Shown here piece after piece: positions 1 through 12,976 of a stretch of 64,000 bases of DNA; position 1 is the first letter of the stretch; each line of letters starts with the position of its first letter. The DNA lies in the NCBI GenBank assembly GCA_038496445.1, contig JALMLS010000461.1, forward strand, positions 62,001 to 126,000. The letters are read 5' to 3'. The notes below the pieces were generated by a model that did no database searches, was not told the DNA's origin, and was given only the letters and a program-made list of their open reading frames with translations. A program made the translations under genes and the position numbers. This stretch comes from Trichosphaerium sp. ATCC 40318 (taxonomy: Eukaryota; Protista; Tubulinea).

Positions 1-3000
1 GTCATAATCAGGCATATCATCTTGTTTTTGTGTTTTATTGCGATTATTTGCTGATGCTGAAGCGACAGCGTCACCCAAAGGTATTTCACTCAAATTATCT
101 AAACAACATTGAGAAAAAGGTTTGAACTTTTTTTATCTTTTTTTGTTCGTTACCCAGGTAATCTACGTGACGACTTAGTCCATTAGTTTCTCCATCATGA
201 GCATTTGAATGCATTTCCACATCTTGAAGAGATAAATCATCGCTACTATTACTAGTACGTCTTCTTTTTGGTTCACTCTCAGAAGGATGAAGGTTTGCAT
301 CTTGATCAGAATCATCTCGAGGGCGCTTATTATTATCTCTGAAAGCAAAGCGTCTAATGTGTGTTTGAGGTGATACAACATTGCCTTGAATAAAATTAAG
401 TATTAGAAAGTAATAAATTAGAGGAAGAAAAAGCGAAAAAACTATTGTGTACCTGCATCATCTGTAAACTGAGTTTTTGGTTTAGCTGTTGGAAATAAAT
501 GAGCAGGCCCAACTGTAGCTCTTGCTTTTTTCCCTGCAGAAGCAAGGACCCTAGCATTATGTTCACGAACTCTCTGTGGTGTATGAGGAACCTTAATTGA
601 TAAGTTAGTCCAGCCCGCAGTAGTAAAAGAATCAAGACACTTACTTCTGGTAACTGGAAGTTAAGATCAAAGTCATCAGATTCGTCTACACTTTCATTTC
701 CATCACCACCCAGAAGAATACAAGATTTAGAAACGCTATGCTTCTTTTTAAGCTTATCTATTTCTCTATCTCGTTGAAACCAAAGTAGACCCATCTAAGG
801 CAGTGTCAATGAGAAAATAGTAAAAAAAGATGTCATACTTCTTTTAGAAACTCATCCTTTAGCTGTTTAACTTGCTCTTTCAGTGCCATGTGCTTCTCTT
901 GCTTTAACGCTGTATATTTTCTATTTATAGCCTGAGCTGCATTTTCGAAAGAGTCTGTATTTGAAGATGAAGAAGGAGCAGATACATCGTGATTGGAAAC
1001 AGTTCGTTGCAATACTTTTGAGCTTTGTGAGCGTTTTGATGGTGGCGGTGTTTTTTGTAATACTTCTGTTTCTGGGAGATCCTCTACGTCCCAATGTGTT
1101 TGATCAGGTACAGGTTTAGGAGTATATGCTTTTTTTTTATGTACAGAGCTTATAACTCCTTTAGGTTTTTGAATATAAGGTTGAGTTTTCTCAACTCTTC
1201 TTTGTTCCAACATTGTATCCTCTTCACTATTGTTTTGTATCAAAGAATGCTTCTTGTGCTTTACTTTTAATGATTCACTCTGATCTTTATCATCATCATC
1301 ATTGATACTACTACTTGAAGATTCTGAACGCTTTCTTGGACGTTTGGAGTCCTTGGATATATCTAAAAGTTCATTAGAAGAAATCAGTTGGTGAAAAGTA
1401 AATTGTTTTTCTTCGAACCATTTAATAATTTTGAGACATCTAAAGAACTCTCTGATTCTTGTGGAGGCTCGGTATCATCTTTAGTGGTATTCTTGCGCTT
1501 TATTGAACGTTTAGGTAGATCATCTGTTATTGCAGGAGCAACTACTTCTAAGAAGACTCAGTACATTATGTCGTGAGTGCAAGGAAAGCAACATACCCGT
1601 CTCATCTAGTATTTCTTCTTCTTCTTTACCAGAGTCATCTTGAATACCTTCCAGTACATTAAAATCTTCTTCTTCTTCTGAATGAATACTATCCTTTTTC
1701 TCATCATCTGATGCTTGTGTTAAATCGATAAACTGAGAATCTGGCTTCTGAGATGAACTCTCAAACTCTTCCCTATACTCAACATAAAAAACAAAAACCA
1801 TCCGCATTCACTCAAAAAGAGAGCGACACCACTACGCACATATCGTCAAAATTGATGTTAATATCATCGGATTCATTACCATGATCTGATTTTGATTTTT
1901 CTTCTTCGTCATCATTAATCACTTTCTTTTTATCTTTGTGTGCAGTTTTGTAATCATAAGTCAATAAGTCATCATCACTCTCATCTGCAATAGATATAGA
2001 AGTATTTGCTATATCCTTACTATTATCAGCAGCGCTAGTTTCTCCTACATCGCTCATCTCATCCAGTAAAACATTCAATTCTTGCTCCTAAGAATAAACT
2101 CTTAGAACTTTCTTCAATTAGTTTAAACACAAACCTGTTCTGCGAACTGAGTGTCGCTCATGCGATGCTTGAGTTTATGCTCTGTTGAATTAAAATGAGG
2201 TGGTAGCTCGGTTTCTAGATTGAAAGTGAGGTTCTAGTATCCATACAAGGTCTGATTAGATTACCATCGTCAACGCCAGCAATAAAAGAAGTATCTTCTG
2301 GTTTTTCACTTGATGTATCCTTTTATCATCATTAATCAACGTCAAAACAATGTAGCTTGTACCACTGCTAAGTCTCTTCGTAATTCCCCGCTACTTCGCG
2401 GAGAAGGTGAGTTTCTTCCATTATAGCTATGCTTTTTGCTGGAACGAGCGAGATCAAATAACGATAAACCGCTAGATCAGTCAACCATAGCACAAAAACA
2501 AAAACAAGAGTAAACCTGTACCCAGATGATCTTTTTGCAAGAGCACTCTCCTTGAACTTTGGTGTAGGATCTACATCTCTCAATGCCTACATATTAATAA
2601 TGAGATTAAAATAGTCTTTGTTTAAATAGCCCTACCTGACTTGTTCCATAGTTGTTTTCATCTAATTCGTGTCTAGTCCTGGCAACCTTAGCAAAAATTA
2701 TTATTCTGTACATTGATACTATCTTCTATCGTACTCCAGCAGACCGCAAGAGGTCAGAGGGACCGCGTGTGTCATCTTTTCTGGAGATTGTATTTGTTGC
2801 TTTACTCTTTGGTTTCCTGCTTGTTTTCTTTTTAGAGAACACTTCGCTCATTGATTCCTCATCTTCAGATGTAAAAGGCGAAATATCCCTTGCAAGTAAA
2901 GAATTCTTTTTACGCTTAGGAGGTTCGCTAGCCTGCATACAAGATTTTATTAGGACAATATGAGATTTTAATTAAAGATATTAAAAAACATTTACCTTGT

Positions 3001-3795
3001 CCATGCATTTATTCACGTGACTCAAACGTCGCCCAACTGATAGTTTACTTATGTCCTTATCACACGTAGGGCATATGCATTCATCATTTTGTTTGTCCAA
3101 ACACTTGTTTATGTGCTCTTCACGAGACTAAAGTTGGATTATTTAGTTTTATTTTGTTAGTTAAATTGGATAAAAAAGACTACAAATTTGGATCACGTGA
3201 TTAGGTACCTCGATGGATAATTTTGTTATATCTTTACTACATACGTAGCATGATATAGAAGAAGTACTTGACGCTGAACAAAAGTGTGAATACGAGCAAG
3301 TAAAAGAAAACGAAAAACTTGTTTACCTTTTGACTTTTCTGAACGTTTATTTGCTTTTTCGGGTGTCTAATAGTCATGTTATCACGTACAGGTTGTATAT
3401 CTAGTACGTACTGACATCTCCCAAAACAGTTCTTCATCAGAGCCTCCGTTTAAGCCAAAATCTGAAAAAATATCTACCAAAACGATTAAACGCCACAGAA
3501 ATGGATACGTTGATAGTCTTTACGCACTTGGCGTATTTTTATTTGAAGATTCATCGCCTACAAAACGTTAATTGATTTCAATTGTTTAATATTGCCTACT
3601 TGACGATTTTTGGGATCCCAGGTGCGAATTTACAGGTTGTTTACGCGATTTGAGGAAGCGGTTTTTTAATTCCTTCCCTTCCGCTTTTTTCTTCTCTGTT
3701 ACGCTCAATCGTTTCTTACCCGAGCCAGGTGTACTATTGGAAGCCCCAGAAAAATCACGCGCGTTTGAATTTCCACTAAAACGAGTACCTGACAT
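1..3795 (-). CDS. SLX4-like structure-specific endonuclease scaffold (multi-exon, 3' end beyond window start)
   Basis: Exon at ~3000-3128 reads SREEHINKCLD...CPTCDKDISKLSVGRRLSHVNKCMD (tandem UBZ4-type zinc fingers). Long acidic/Ser-rich low-complexity exons follow. The frame at the window edge ends ...DDMPDYD, resembling the motif preceding the SLX4 SAP domain. Start taken from ORF 3586..3795. Confidence 0.5.
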
Positions 3796-4164
3796 AATAA
3801 TGCCTTATATTAACTCGCCTAGCATACCATAGCGCACCCATTAATCGCGCTGTCATAAAATTGCGCTGTCGGATGTTAAGTCACATTCATAAAATTTCAC
3901 TTTTTTCCCTGTTTCCTGCTACTTATTTGCAGCAACTCATTGGGCTTTATAGCCACCGTGGTTATTGCTCTTCTATGCTTCCATTTTTTCCACATTTAAA
4001 CAAGTTATGCACTATTGAGAAAACAAATTAAGTCATCACGTGACAAACACAAAGCTGCTATTGTCATATAAATAACTTGTCCTGGGAACAGCGATTGTAC
4101 GTTTTATAGCGTTATATTATTACTCAGACTATTCAGGATTCAGGGTCTGCAGTATTGCTTTACT

Positions 4165-6350
4165 ATGACGCTACAACAAATATTAATATTCGCGCTTGTA
4201 CTGTGCTTCTGTATACCTAGCGATTGTGTAGAATTAACATCTTCGTGCGTTTGGAACAACCAGGTTTACAGGCTGTACAAGGTTACTAATGAGACCGAGA
4301 ACCCATCTTGCCCATCAGGTAAGAGATTTATAAGCTAGAATCTGTTTTAGTTCGTAAGTAAATTTTCCAAAAGGATCAACTCCGCTGGTTATAAATAGCG
4401 CATTGGAGGCTTCTGTGATGTCTTTATTTCCTGTACGTATTACTGAGAAAGTCCGGTAGCGCGCTAGTAATCCAAATGTACATAAATTTTCTCAGTACAA
4501 GATTGGGCCGTGTTTAAAGCGCCAAGTTTTTGAAACTTGGTATCATGTTTGTTCTTATTTTTAACGCTAGGATCTGCGCGTTGAAGGGCATGTTGAAAGT
4601 GATTCATGGCTCTGGAGTGATGATTCGCCTGCACACAGAAGTATAACCACATACCAATTTCCTGGCGCAGTGTGTGCCAACTACGCTACGTTTAAAGGCG
4701 GGGTACAACACGCTACCAAACTGTATTTTACTTTTCGTCCACCACGTGATGAATACAATAAGTCTTATTAGCGCTTTTCCAGAGAAAATTCTGTAGGGAC
4801 GTTTGATTGATTGTTGTTAGGCTTTGGATAATGGGTGTGACGCGGATCACTTTGTATGATAATAGTAGGTGTAGTGTGTTACTTATACCCTACTTAGGTT
4901 TGTGAAGCTACGGATCATTATTCTACCTTGAATGTTAGTAATCCATGTGTTGACGTGGTGCCAAACGTGCCGTGTGTTGAATTTCAAGGCAAGAAAAAAA
5001 CCTATTTCTTTATTAACTGTGTTCCTTAGATCACTGCTATACTTCAAATATATCTAAAAATGAATTATCATTTATTAAAGCTCAAGGTATGTACATTAAC
5101 GTGATGTTCAGAAGTTATCAAAGACAATCGTTTTCATTTCGAATGAAAAAAAAAGCTTGAACTTGTAAAATAATTTACTTCATTAAGGCTTGTGTATGAA
5201 ACACGGAGGATATATGGTTACTCTAAACTCTCTGGAAGAATTCAATTTTGTTAACAATAAGTCAAGAGAATCAAAAAATGTTTGGATAGGGCTAACAAGC
5301 CTATTTGATAAAGCTGACGAGTTTTCATGGGTACTTTTTTTTTTGATGTTGCACGTGGCATAAAAAAACAGTGTTCTTTCGAAAGCACATTTTCTATTGT
5401 TTACAAGGCCATGATACACTGATTATTAATTTTGTGGGGTTATTTTGTTATTGACGTGTAGTTAAACAAGTTGGCTTTGTAACTACTTAACAAGGATCTG
5501 TTGCATTTATTTACACGGAAATATAGGACATAACAGAAGAAGAGACAACGATTGGTAGTAATACTAATAGTGCACCGTGGGTAGAAGGTCAACCAGACAA
5601 TAGGGTCGATTCAGAAAATTGTATTTTATGGTACAGTTTTTGATTTTACTTGTTTGATAAGAATTTAGGTCTAACACTGGATGGGAGGATTGGCCTTGTT
5701 ACTTTGATAGCGGACAAACTCGAGGACCTTTTTTTCCGCTTTGTGAGATTGATACAACGCTCAGAGTTTATGGTACAGTTACTTAAATATTCCCGTACTA
5801 ATTTTGATAAACCAGGTGACTTTATACCTTCAACAACCACTGTGGAGTTTACTGACATAATAGTAACTGGTACTTTTTTCTACAGATCATATTTAGTTTG
5901 GCTGTTGTATTAACCGCTGCTAGGTAACGTTACGCTATCAAACACAGTATTAGTTCCGCTAAAGAATGAGACAAAAATAATAGTTAGAAATTGCCTTCAA
6001 GGTTCTTTTTCTGTTGATGCATCTGGATTACAAGCACGTTCAATAGCAATCAAACAACCGTTTCTAACATGAATCAGGAACTCCACTTGCAAATACAACA
6101 TGCCAAGAGCTGTGAAGAGATACCAAATCCACAGGTAACGCTAAACGATAATCAGTGCTTAGAAATCAGTCGATCCACTACAAAATCACAGTCTACACTT
6201 ACCTTTGAAGCAAGGCCATGTAATAAGAAGAGCAGTTTTCCTTTATGGTATATATGGATCATATTAGCAGCGTTGATGGTGTTTGCTGTTGTTGTAGCTG
6301 CTATTTATGTATTGTTCTTTTGTCAAAATAAACAGAAAATAGATGCTTAA
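4165..6350 (+). CDS. Type I membrane protein with C-type lectin-like segment (multi-exon)
   Basis: Signal-peptide-like start MTLQQILIFALVLCFC. Exon near 5570-5630 reads APWVEGQPDNRVDSENCILW and the next reads WEDWPC (CTLD WxxGQPD/WxDxxC motifs). C-terminal TM helix LWYIWIILAALMVFAVVVAAIYVLFF then stop at 6350. Confidence 0.5.
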
Positions 6351-7057
6351 TTAATCAAATTTACCAAGAAAAATGAAATTTACGGACCGTTCAATTTTAG
6401 GTGGACGTTCAGTGAAATTTGTTATGTCATGTAGGTAATCACGCATTTAATATTGTACTAAGATCTGTCGTACTCGCCCTGATAGTTTCTGTGCCAATGA
6501 CTTGATGCCTGTATGCACTCACAAACGTGTGAATTTTAGTGTAATCCAGCAAAGCCGCGAGGTCACTATCTGTCACATATGTATTGCAAAAGGTGGTAAA
6601 CCAATAATGCTTTGCCAGAAAGCTAGTTTTTTTTATCACTAATTATTATTTCTTCGCTGTTTATCTCACGTGCCATGTTTCTATCGTATTTATAACATTC
6701 ACAGTGTAAGAACTTACAAGAGTATGTATTAAACAACAAGCCGTACAAGAAAAGTTAAACAATAACAAACCTTACAACACTCACTTCCTACCACTAAATT
6801 CTTACAATTCCAACATGTTCTAGTTTCAAATCCGGGTCAACTTCAAAATGTTTTTCCCTAAAAGCTTCCGGGTGAACTTTTTCGAAACAATCTAATGTTC
6901 TACGCAATTTACACTTTGTACACTTCCAATCAACAGTTTTACATATCACCGGAAAAAAATAAATCCCCGACCATAGTCCACACTCGGGTAAAAATAATGG
7001 CTTGTGAATTTCGCACCATTTCTGGCCTAATCATTTTATAAATACCCCCACTACGCA

Positions 7058-7893
7058 ATGGAAGATGTAGATGAAAAGCAAGAGCTTAGTGATATTATAA
7101 AAGACGTAGGAGTTGTTGAATCCATGTTAACATGGGGATTCTGGAGGTTTATGGTACCTAGCATGATTAACAAGTTCTTCTATAGAGCACTCTATCACGA
7201 GTACGCGTCAACAAACGTCATACAGTATAACTAAGTTTTTTGTAATAGTCGAGTGTATCGGGTTGGCTCTATGGCACCACAAGCTACTGTAACAACGGTA
7301 TCATCTAAAGGAAAGGACACGATTGATTTATTATCATTATCAAAAGGTACAAAGTTTAAATTGACTGTTGCTTACTCTTCTCTCCCGTCAGAAACTCCGC
7401 TAGTCATCAGTTTTGGAAGCTACACGTGACCACCGTGGTCAAACACAACTGGCAGATTGCAATCTCTCTCCGAAAAATGGAAGGGCAAAGCAGATGTCAT
7501 TGTGGTTTACATCCTAGGTACATTCAACGTCCACGTACATACTCTTAACGAAATGTTTAGAAGCACATGCTTCAGATGGATGGAAGTTATCGGGTAACGA
7601 AGTATGTTATCGTATGCCCAAGGATATTGAAGATCGCATTGGTATCATTGAAGACTTTAAAACAAACAACCCAAACTTTAAGGTTCCAATATTTGTTGAT
7701 CTTATGGATGATAATGCAAACAAAGCATACCAAGCTCTACCAGAGAGGTACAGTTTTTATCATATGACTGTGAAGTTGATCACATGTTAGGTTGTACATA
7801 CTTAAAGACAAGAAGATAATGTACAAAGGGGGTGAAGGTCCTTTTGGCTACAAGCTATCAGAGGTTGATGCTTGGCTAGAGCAAAATCTTTGA
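7058..7893 (+). CDS. DIO: Iodothyronine deiodinase-family selenoprotein (5 exons; in-frame TGA at 7427-7429 read as Sec)
   Basis: Spliced translation gives TPLVISFGSYT-U-PPW, VYILEAHASDGW and VDLMDDNANKAYQALPERLYILKDKKIMYKGGEGPFGY. All are hallmark deiodinase motifs, and the TGA is at the catalytic Sec position. Confidence 0.9.
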
Positions 7894-7934
7894 TACTTCT
7901 ACTACACCAAGAAACAATTCAACTGACAGAGAGT

Positions 7935-7985
7935 ATTTCTAGTGATTGTATTGCTTTAAACGTTATTACATTGACAATTGTGACA
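7935..7985 (+). promoter_or_regulatory. Candidate SECIS element in deiodinase 3' UTR
   Basis: GTGAT core (7942-7946), 11 nt, AAA (7958-7960), imperfect stem TGTATTGC/GTTATTACA, then TGAC (7972-7975). Spacing fits a eukaryotic SECIS but helix I is weak. Confidence 0.35.
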
Positions 7986-8162
7986 CATGACAAAATAAAT
8001 ATTCTTTACAGTTTTAACTCGCCTAAAAACACTAAATGCAAACATAACTGTCTGCTTTTCGCGAACATAATAACATTATGACTAATTTTGTTTTCATTTA
8101 TTCTGTTTGTTTGTTTATACAAAGCAATAAAAAGTGTACTATGATAAGTCTAGACGGCAATG

Positions 8163-9110
8163 TTATACAATGAAATCTACCCTTACTACATGTGCACCGG
8201 TTGCCTGGACACCCTCTTTTGAAGTTGAGGAGCAACCATACAGGGTTATAGTGTGTACACCTGCCAATGCTTTCAATCCTTCATCTGTCACGTTTGTCTC
8301 TTGTAGATCAATCTCATGTACACCAGCCAATGCTTTAATGCCTTCATCTGTCACTTTTGTGTATGATACATCTATAGTATGTACACCTGCCAATGCTTTA
8401 ATGCCTTCATCTGTCACTTTTGTATATGATACATCTATAGTATGTACACCTGCCAATGCTTTAATGCCTTCATCTGTCACTTTTGTGTATGATACATCTA
8501 TAGTATGTACACCTGCCAATGCTTTAATGCCTTCATCTGTCACTTTTGTATATGATACATCTATAGTATGTACACCTGCCAATGCTTTAATGCCTTCATC
8601 TGTCACGTTTGTATATGATACATCTATAGTATGTACACCTGCCAATGCTTTAATGCCTTCATCTGTCACTTTTGTGTATGATACATCTATAGTATGTACA
8701 CCTGCCAATGCTTTCAATCCTTCATCTGTTACGTTTGTATCTTCTAGATTAATCTCATGTACGCCAGACAATGCTTTAATGCCTTCATCTGTTATTGATT
8801 CACAAAAAAACAAATTGATTGTATGTACTCCCGCTAGTAACCTCAACTGATTGTCGTTTACATCTCTATACCCATTGAACAGAATGGCTGTATTCTGCAA
8901 TAAAGGACTGCCAGAAAGCATCATCACCTCGGTACTGCTTTTAACAATAATTTGACCATATCCGACGTGGTTATGGACAATATCCCGCAAGAAGTGGCAA
9001 GTTTGTGCGGAACGAAGTGTAAAAGTGCCTTGTTTGAGAATATGAACTATTAGTTCAACGGGGAGCGCGACAAGGTCACTAATGTTCTGGATAACCTCTT
9101 CTTCATTCAT
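8163..9110 (-). CDS. Intronless F-box-like + leucine-rich repeat protein, copy 1 (315 aa)
   Basis: N-terminal LVALPVELIVHIL (F-box-like). Nine 21-22 aa LRRs xIxLxxTxVTDEGIKALAGVH, six of them near-identical TIDVSY units, then a capping repeat. Confidence 0.9.
   Translation of the reverse strand: MNEEEVIQNISDLVALPVELIVHILKQGTFTLRSAQTCHFLRDIVHNHVGYGQIIVKSSTEVMMLSGSPLLQNTAILFNGYRDVNDNQLRLLAGVHTINLFFCESITDEGIKALSGVHEINLEDTNVTDEGLKALAGVHTIDVSYTKVTDEGIKALAGVHTIDVSYTNVTDEGIKALAGVHTIDVSYTKVTDEGIKALAGVHTIDVSYTKVTDEGIKALAGVHTIDVSYTKVTDEGIKALAGVHTIDVSYTKVTDEGIKALAGVHEIDLQETNVTDEGLKALAGVHTITLYGCSSTSKEGVQATGAHVVRVDFIV
8240..8830. repeat. 63-bp coding tandem repeat (LRR units)
   Basis: Units such as tgtacacctgccaatgctttaatgccttcatctgtcacttttgtrtatgatacatctatagta recur with 63-nt period. 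Confidence 0.95.
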
Positions 9111-9674
9111 TTTGCTAATATACGCTCGAAACGTGGCTATGTTTGTTATTATGTTATTGTTAGATGATCGGAATATTTATTTACAGTACGTTGACTAAAT
9201 TCGTTTTTTCCTCAACTAGTAACAACCGACAATAACGCTAACCACCGAAATCAACATACAAAATGAAGTCTAGTATACAGGTAGGCTACTGTTTTGAAAG
9301 CAGTAGTACTGTTGTCTGTCTCATTTCAAGTTTAGAGGCTTTTAGCAAAAAAAATCCATGTTTTACCTATCTGTCGCTTCTGACAGAACTTGCAAATCTC
9401 ATATATTTAAATGTGACCTGCCACTGCGCTTGTCAAGTCTAAAATTTCTTTTTTGTGAATCTAGCCTTTTCAAACCACGTGATTTAACCAGCCCATATGT
9501 AGATCATGCACATGGGTAAACATAATCAACTAATATGATATCTATACAACTCAATTTTAACAAGTAATCTGACTTCACAAGACGAAATATTTTGTGTTAA
9601 GGAAGGGTACTTTCGGACTTTTAGTTTTATTTATTGTATTTACATTAGTTTGTATTTGTTTTTTGTTTGTGTTT

Positions 9675-12600
9675 TTACACATGATCGCTTCCCTTCATGG
9701 TTACTTTTTTAGAACGACGTATATAATAAAACCATATACAAGCACCGACAATCACAATGAGAAATGTATAAAATAGCAAAGCGTAAGCATTTCCTAGTTC
9801 AACTGCAACAAAAGCTGTTTGTCCATCAATAAATGCATTAGCATCTGCCTCTACAGTTCAAATGTTAGAGACAACGTTGAACATTAGATTAAAACATGAC
9901 GTACGTGTTCTAGCTACAAATGCATCCACTGTTGAATTACTTACAGTTGGGACTTCAGGAAGACTGAAACTTGATGGTACAATATTATCAGTAAGAAGTG
10001 ATAAAGCCGGTCCAACAGAGCTATAAAAATTAAGCATGGATTTTTATCAATATAGTGACAAAGTGTTTTAACATACCGTAAAATATTAACGATATCATCG
10101 ATTCTTAGAAGACAAGATAGCAAGCTTTCAAATATATCAGCTAAGAAACTTGTGATAAATCTACCAAGCTCATCTGCGAGGTCACTACAACAAGTTAGTA
10201 AAGGTTTGAGATTGTTTTTAATGCTTACTCTTGTATTTCTTCTATTCGATCTGCAACGCTATTCAGCGCCCTATCTACAGACTCCATTCCGCTGTTTGTG
10301 TTCTTTTTAGTTTCAATCAAAGACTGGATATCACGTGAGCACTAAGAGTTGAAGTAGTAAAACGTACATCAGTCAGATTTTGAGCATAGATATCATTTGC
10401 ACTGACAATCAATTGGTTCACTTCAACTCTTACATCTTCAGCAAACGCCCTTACATCTGTATCAATCCATTTATCTATTTCAGATGATGCCGCGTTGATA
10501 CCAGCGAGATATGCATGGAAGAATATAATTGTAAGAATAGAGATAGCAACAAGTGCAATAGCAGGCTTCCAGATGAGAAATTCGATACAATACAAAGTTG
10601 GCACTTCTTCTGGTTTTTTACTACAAACAGAGATCAGTTTTATGTTATTCCAAAATGTTTGTTGTATTCTTACCGTGGACGTCTATTGATTTCTTTGATT
10701 TTTTTTCTGTTGTTTAACCACCGAGTTACTTCATTTGAATAATACAAGAATGCCCAAGTTCCAAAGATTGCAATGATGTTGAGAATGATTAAACCGTAGC
10801 CAATGAAACGAACAATATTGACAGCATCGTCATAAGGTTCAAAGTCCAAATCATCACAAAATTGTATCTCATTGTATTCTGGTACTGCGAAAGGAACAAG
10901 TGTAGCATTTATAACGTCTTGCCTTTAAGAAAAAAGTAAGAAAGAGACTGGAGTAAATACCAGTTGACTAAATACTCACTTGATAGCTTCGACTTCGTCT
11001 GTTAAGAGATCATCAAGAAGTCCTTTGACAAAGTCTGCTAAAGCTTCTTCAATCTCATCTGAAGATGGTAGATTCAAACCCTTTAAACACGTCAATCAGA
11101 CAAAACAAAACAGACAAGGACGTACAGATTTAGGCGCTACTGGAGTAAACTCAATTTCGCTTTCATTAAATCCAATATTGGTCAATCCAGTGTTGTTCAC
11201 TGTAGAGTTATTGTAAACTTCTATTTCGTTGGAGGTCGTATCAAGTTCATCTGTAACATCTTGTAGAATCGCTTCAAGTTCTGCATCACTTAGCTGTTCC
11301 ACAGATCTTTTAAAACCAAAGGCGCCCTTGATTTTATCTCCTGTATCTTTCAATGTATCCAACGCTGAATCCAACAGCTCAGTTCTATTTAACGGTTAAC
11401 TAAAGCTTGATATCGCACGTTATCACTTACATTGGATTGAACAGAAGTACCATAGCGTCATAACCACATAGGAATATTCTCATTTTCCCTGAAATAAGAA
11501 ATATTGCGACCTGAAGGCATAATGTCAGAATTGTGGCAACTTAACCGATGAAAAGTGAAGAAGTTAAAGCGTACGTCAACTGCAACGAAAACACCATCTA
11601 GAGCTAAGTCTAAACCACTAGTAGTTCCTGTTTTTATAGTATCTGATATGAAAGCATTCGAAGTTTCTGCCAATATCACGTGAGTGTTTACAACATTTGT
11701 TGATGTGATTTCAAGATCCAAACAATTATTCAGTATTTGTGTCTTTGTTGACTCAGCGCTCTGACTTAGGTTGTTCAAAAACAAGATATTGGAACCCCTT
11801 TAAGTAGAAAGTTATAAATCTGAGAATGAACGAAGAGTTACGTACAAGAGTATCAATAATGTACCAATGTACATGTGCCAGAACATCCTACAGCCGTTCG
11901 CTTTTGTACCAACGTACTTAGGATGTTTCTGAGATCCAAACTTTCTCTTGTTTTTTCGTCTACCACCTTTGGTGTAACTATTCTGTTGAATATGTTGTGC
12001 GCTGTCATTTTCTTGTTCGTCTTCATATGAGTCATCACTATATTCAACACGTTGAGGTACAGGCTGTGAGAATTGGACTTGATTGTTAGTATCACCATAA
12101 ACTATTGCTGGAGGTTGAGGTGGTGAAGTCATTGGTGGTGGAGGTGCTACCAATCCTGGTGGCGGTGGCTAAGCGGTACAGTTAGATCAATATACAACCA
12201 AATTGATTGAAACTATTCGGTCAGTACTTACTGTTCTCCTTTGATTAGGTATTTGAGGGTAAATACTGTTCTCATTCGATGGTGTGTTGTGGGTGCCTGT
12301 AGTGTTGGATGGCGTGTTTCTGTTATTGTTTGTAGCTTCTTGATTTTTGGTAGGTGCTTTCTTTCCTGACGCCGCAAGGCGCTTAGACGACGATGAGACT
12401 TTGCTCTTCTTTGTAGACTGCTTTCTATCAATAAGTGGGCCATCACCTGTTTCTTTCCGGCTGCTTTTTGGAGATACTTCCGGCAATGCTGCCCTTGCTT
12501 TACGAGCAAACGAACTACAGAAGAAAAGTTTGTGGTCCGTTTTTAAAAGGGTCACGTGCTCACTTACCTTGATCTCAATGAGGACTTCTTCTTGCTCTTA

Positions 12601-12976
12601 GGAGATTGCTGGACCTGTTCACTTTCCGGATGTTTTTGGGTGCTACATACAAATCTTTAGAAGAGATCTTCTTTTCCCAAGCGTACGTTTTTTTACTCTT
12701 CTTTGGCTTTGGACTCTTGGGAGAGTCTTTACGGAGTAACCCACTCAAACCTGTCGTGAAGTTAAATTTACGAACACTTAAGTCGTTACATACGTATATG
12801 ATCCTGTGGATTTTCTGTGTGTGACACCGTTTCTTTGTTCTACAACACATGTCAGACATAAAAGCGAGCAAGTTTTTTTTCGGGAGTTTTTTGGGAGTGT
12901 TCTTTCGTACAATCAAGTCTGCGTTTGGTTCAGTGTTCCAATTACCGCTAGCGGTAATGCCATGATTATCTGTCAT
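9675..12976 (-). CDS. Prm1-like multi-pass membrane protein (putative cell-fusion protein), copy 1, multi-exon
   Basis: Disordered N-terminus, then PKYVGTKANGCRMFWHMYIGTLLILL-GSNILFLNNLSQSAESTKTQILNNCLDLE...VAIFLISGKMRIFLCGY, VPFAVPEYNEIQFCDD, further TM helices, IFESLLSCLL and a final TM. Order of TMs, helical ectodomains and cysteines recalls fungal Prm1 (recalled family pattern, not searched). Confidence 0.6.

Noticed and set aside
7427-7429. TGA as a pseudogenising stop or alternative genetic code
   Set aside because: It sits at the conserved Sec site and the downstream exons are intact. TGA ends other genes here (7891, 25815), so the code is otherwise standard.
8240-8830. Regular repeats resembling a CRISPR array
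   Set aside because: Units are in-frame coding LRRs with no unique spacers and no cas genes, in a eukaryotic context.
8134-8850. 238-aa plus-strand ORF (and its counterpart 29897-30637 on minus) antisense to the LRR genes
   Set aside because: Shadow frame of a stop-free tandem repeat; the opposite strand gives a canonical LRR.
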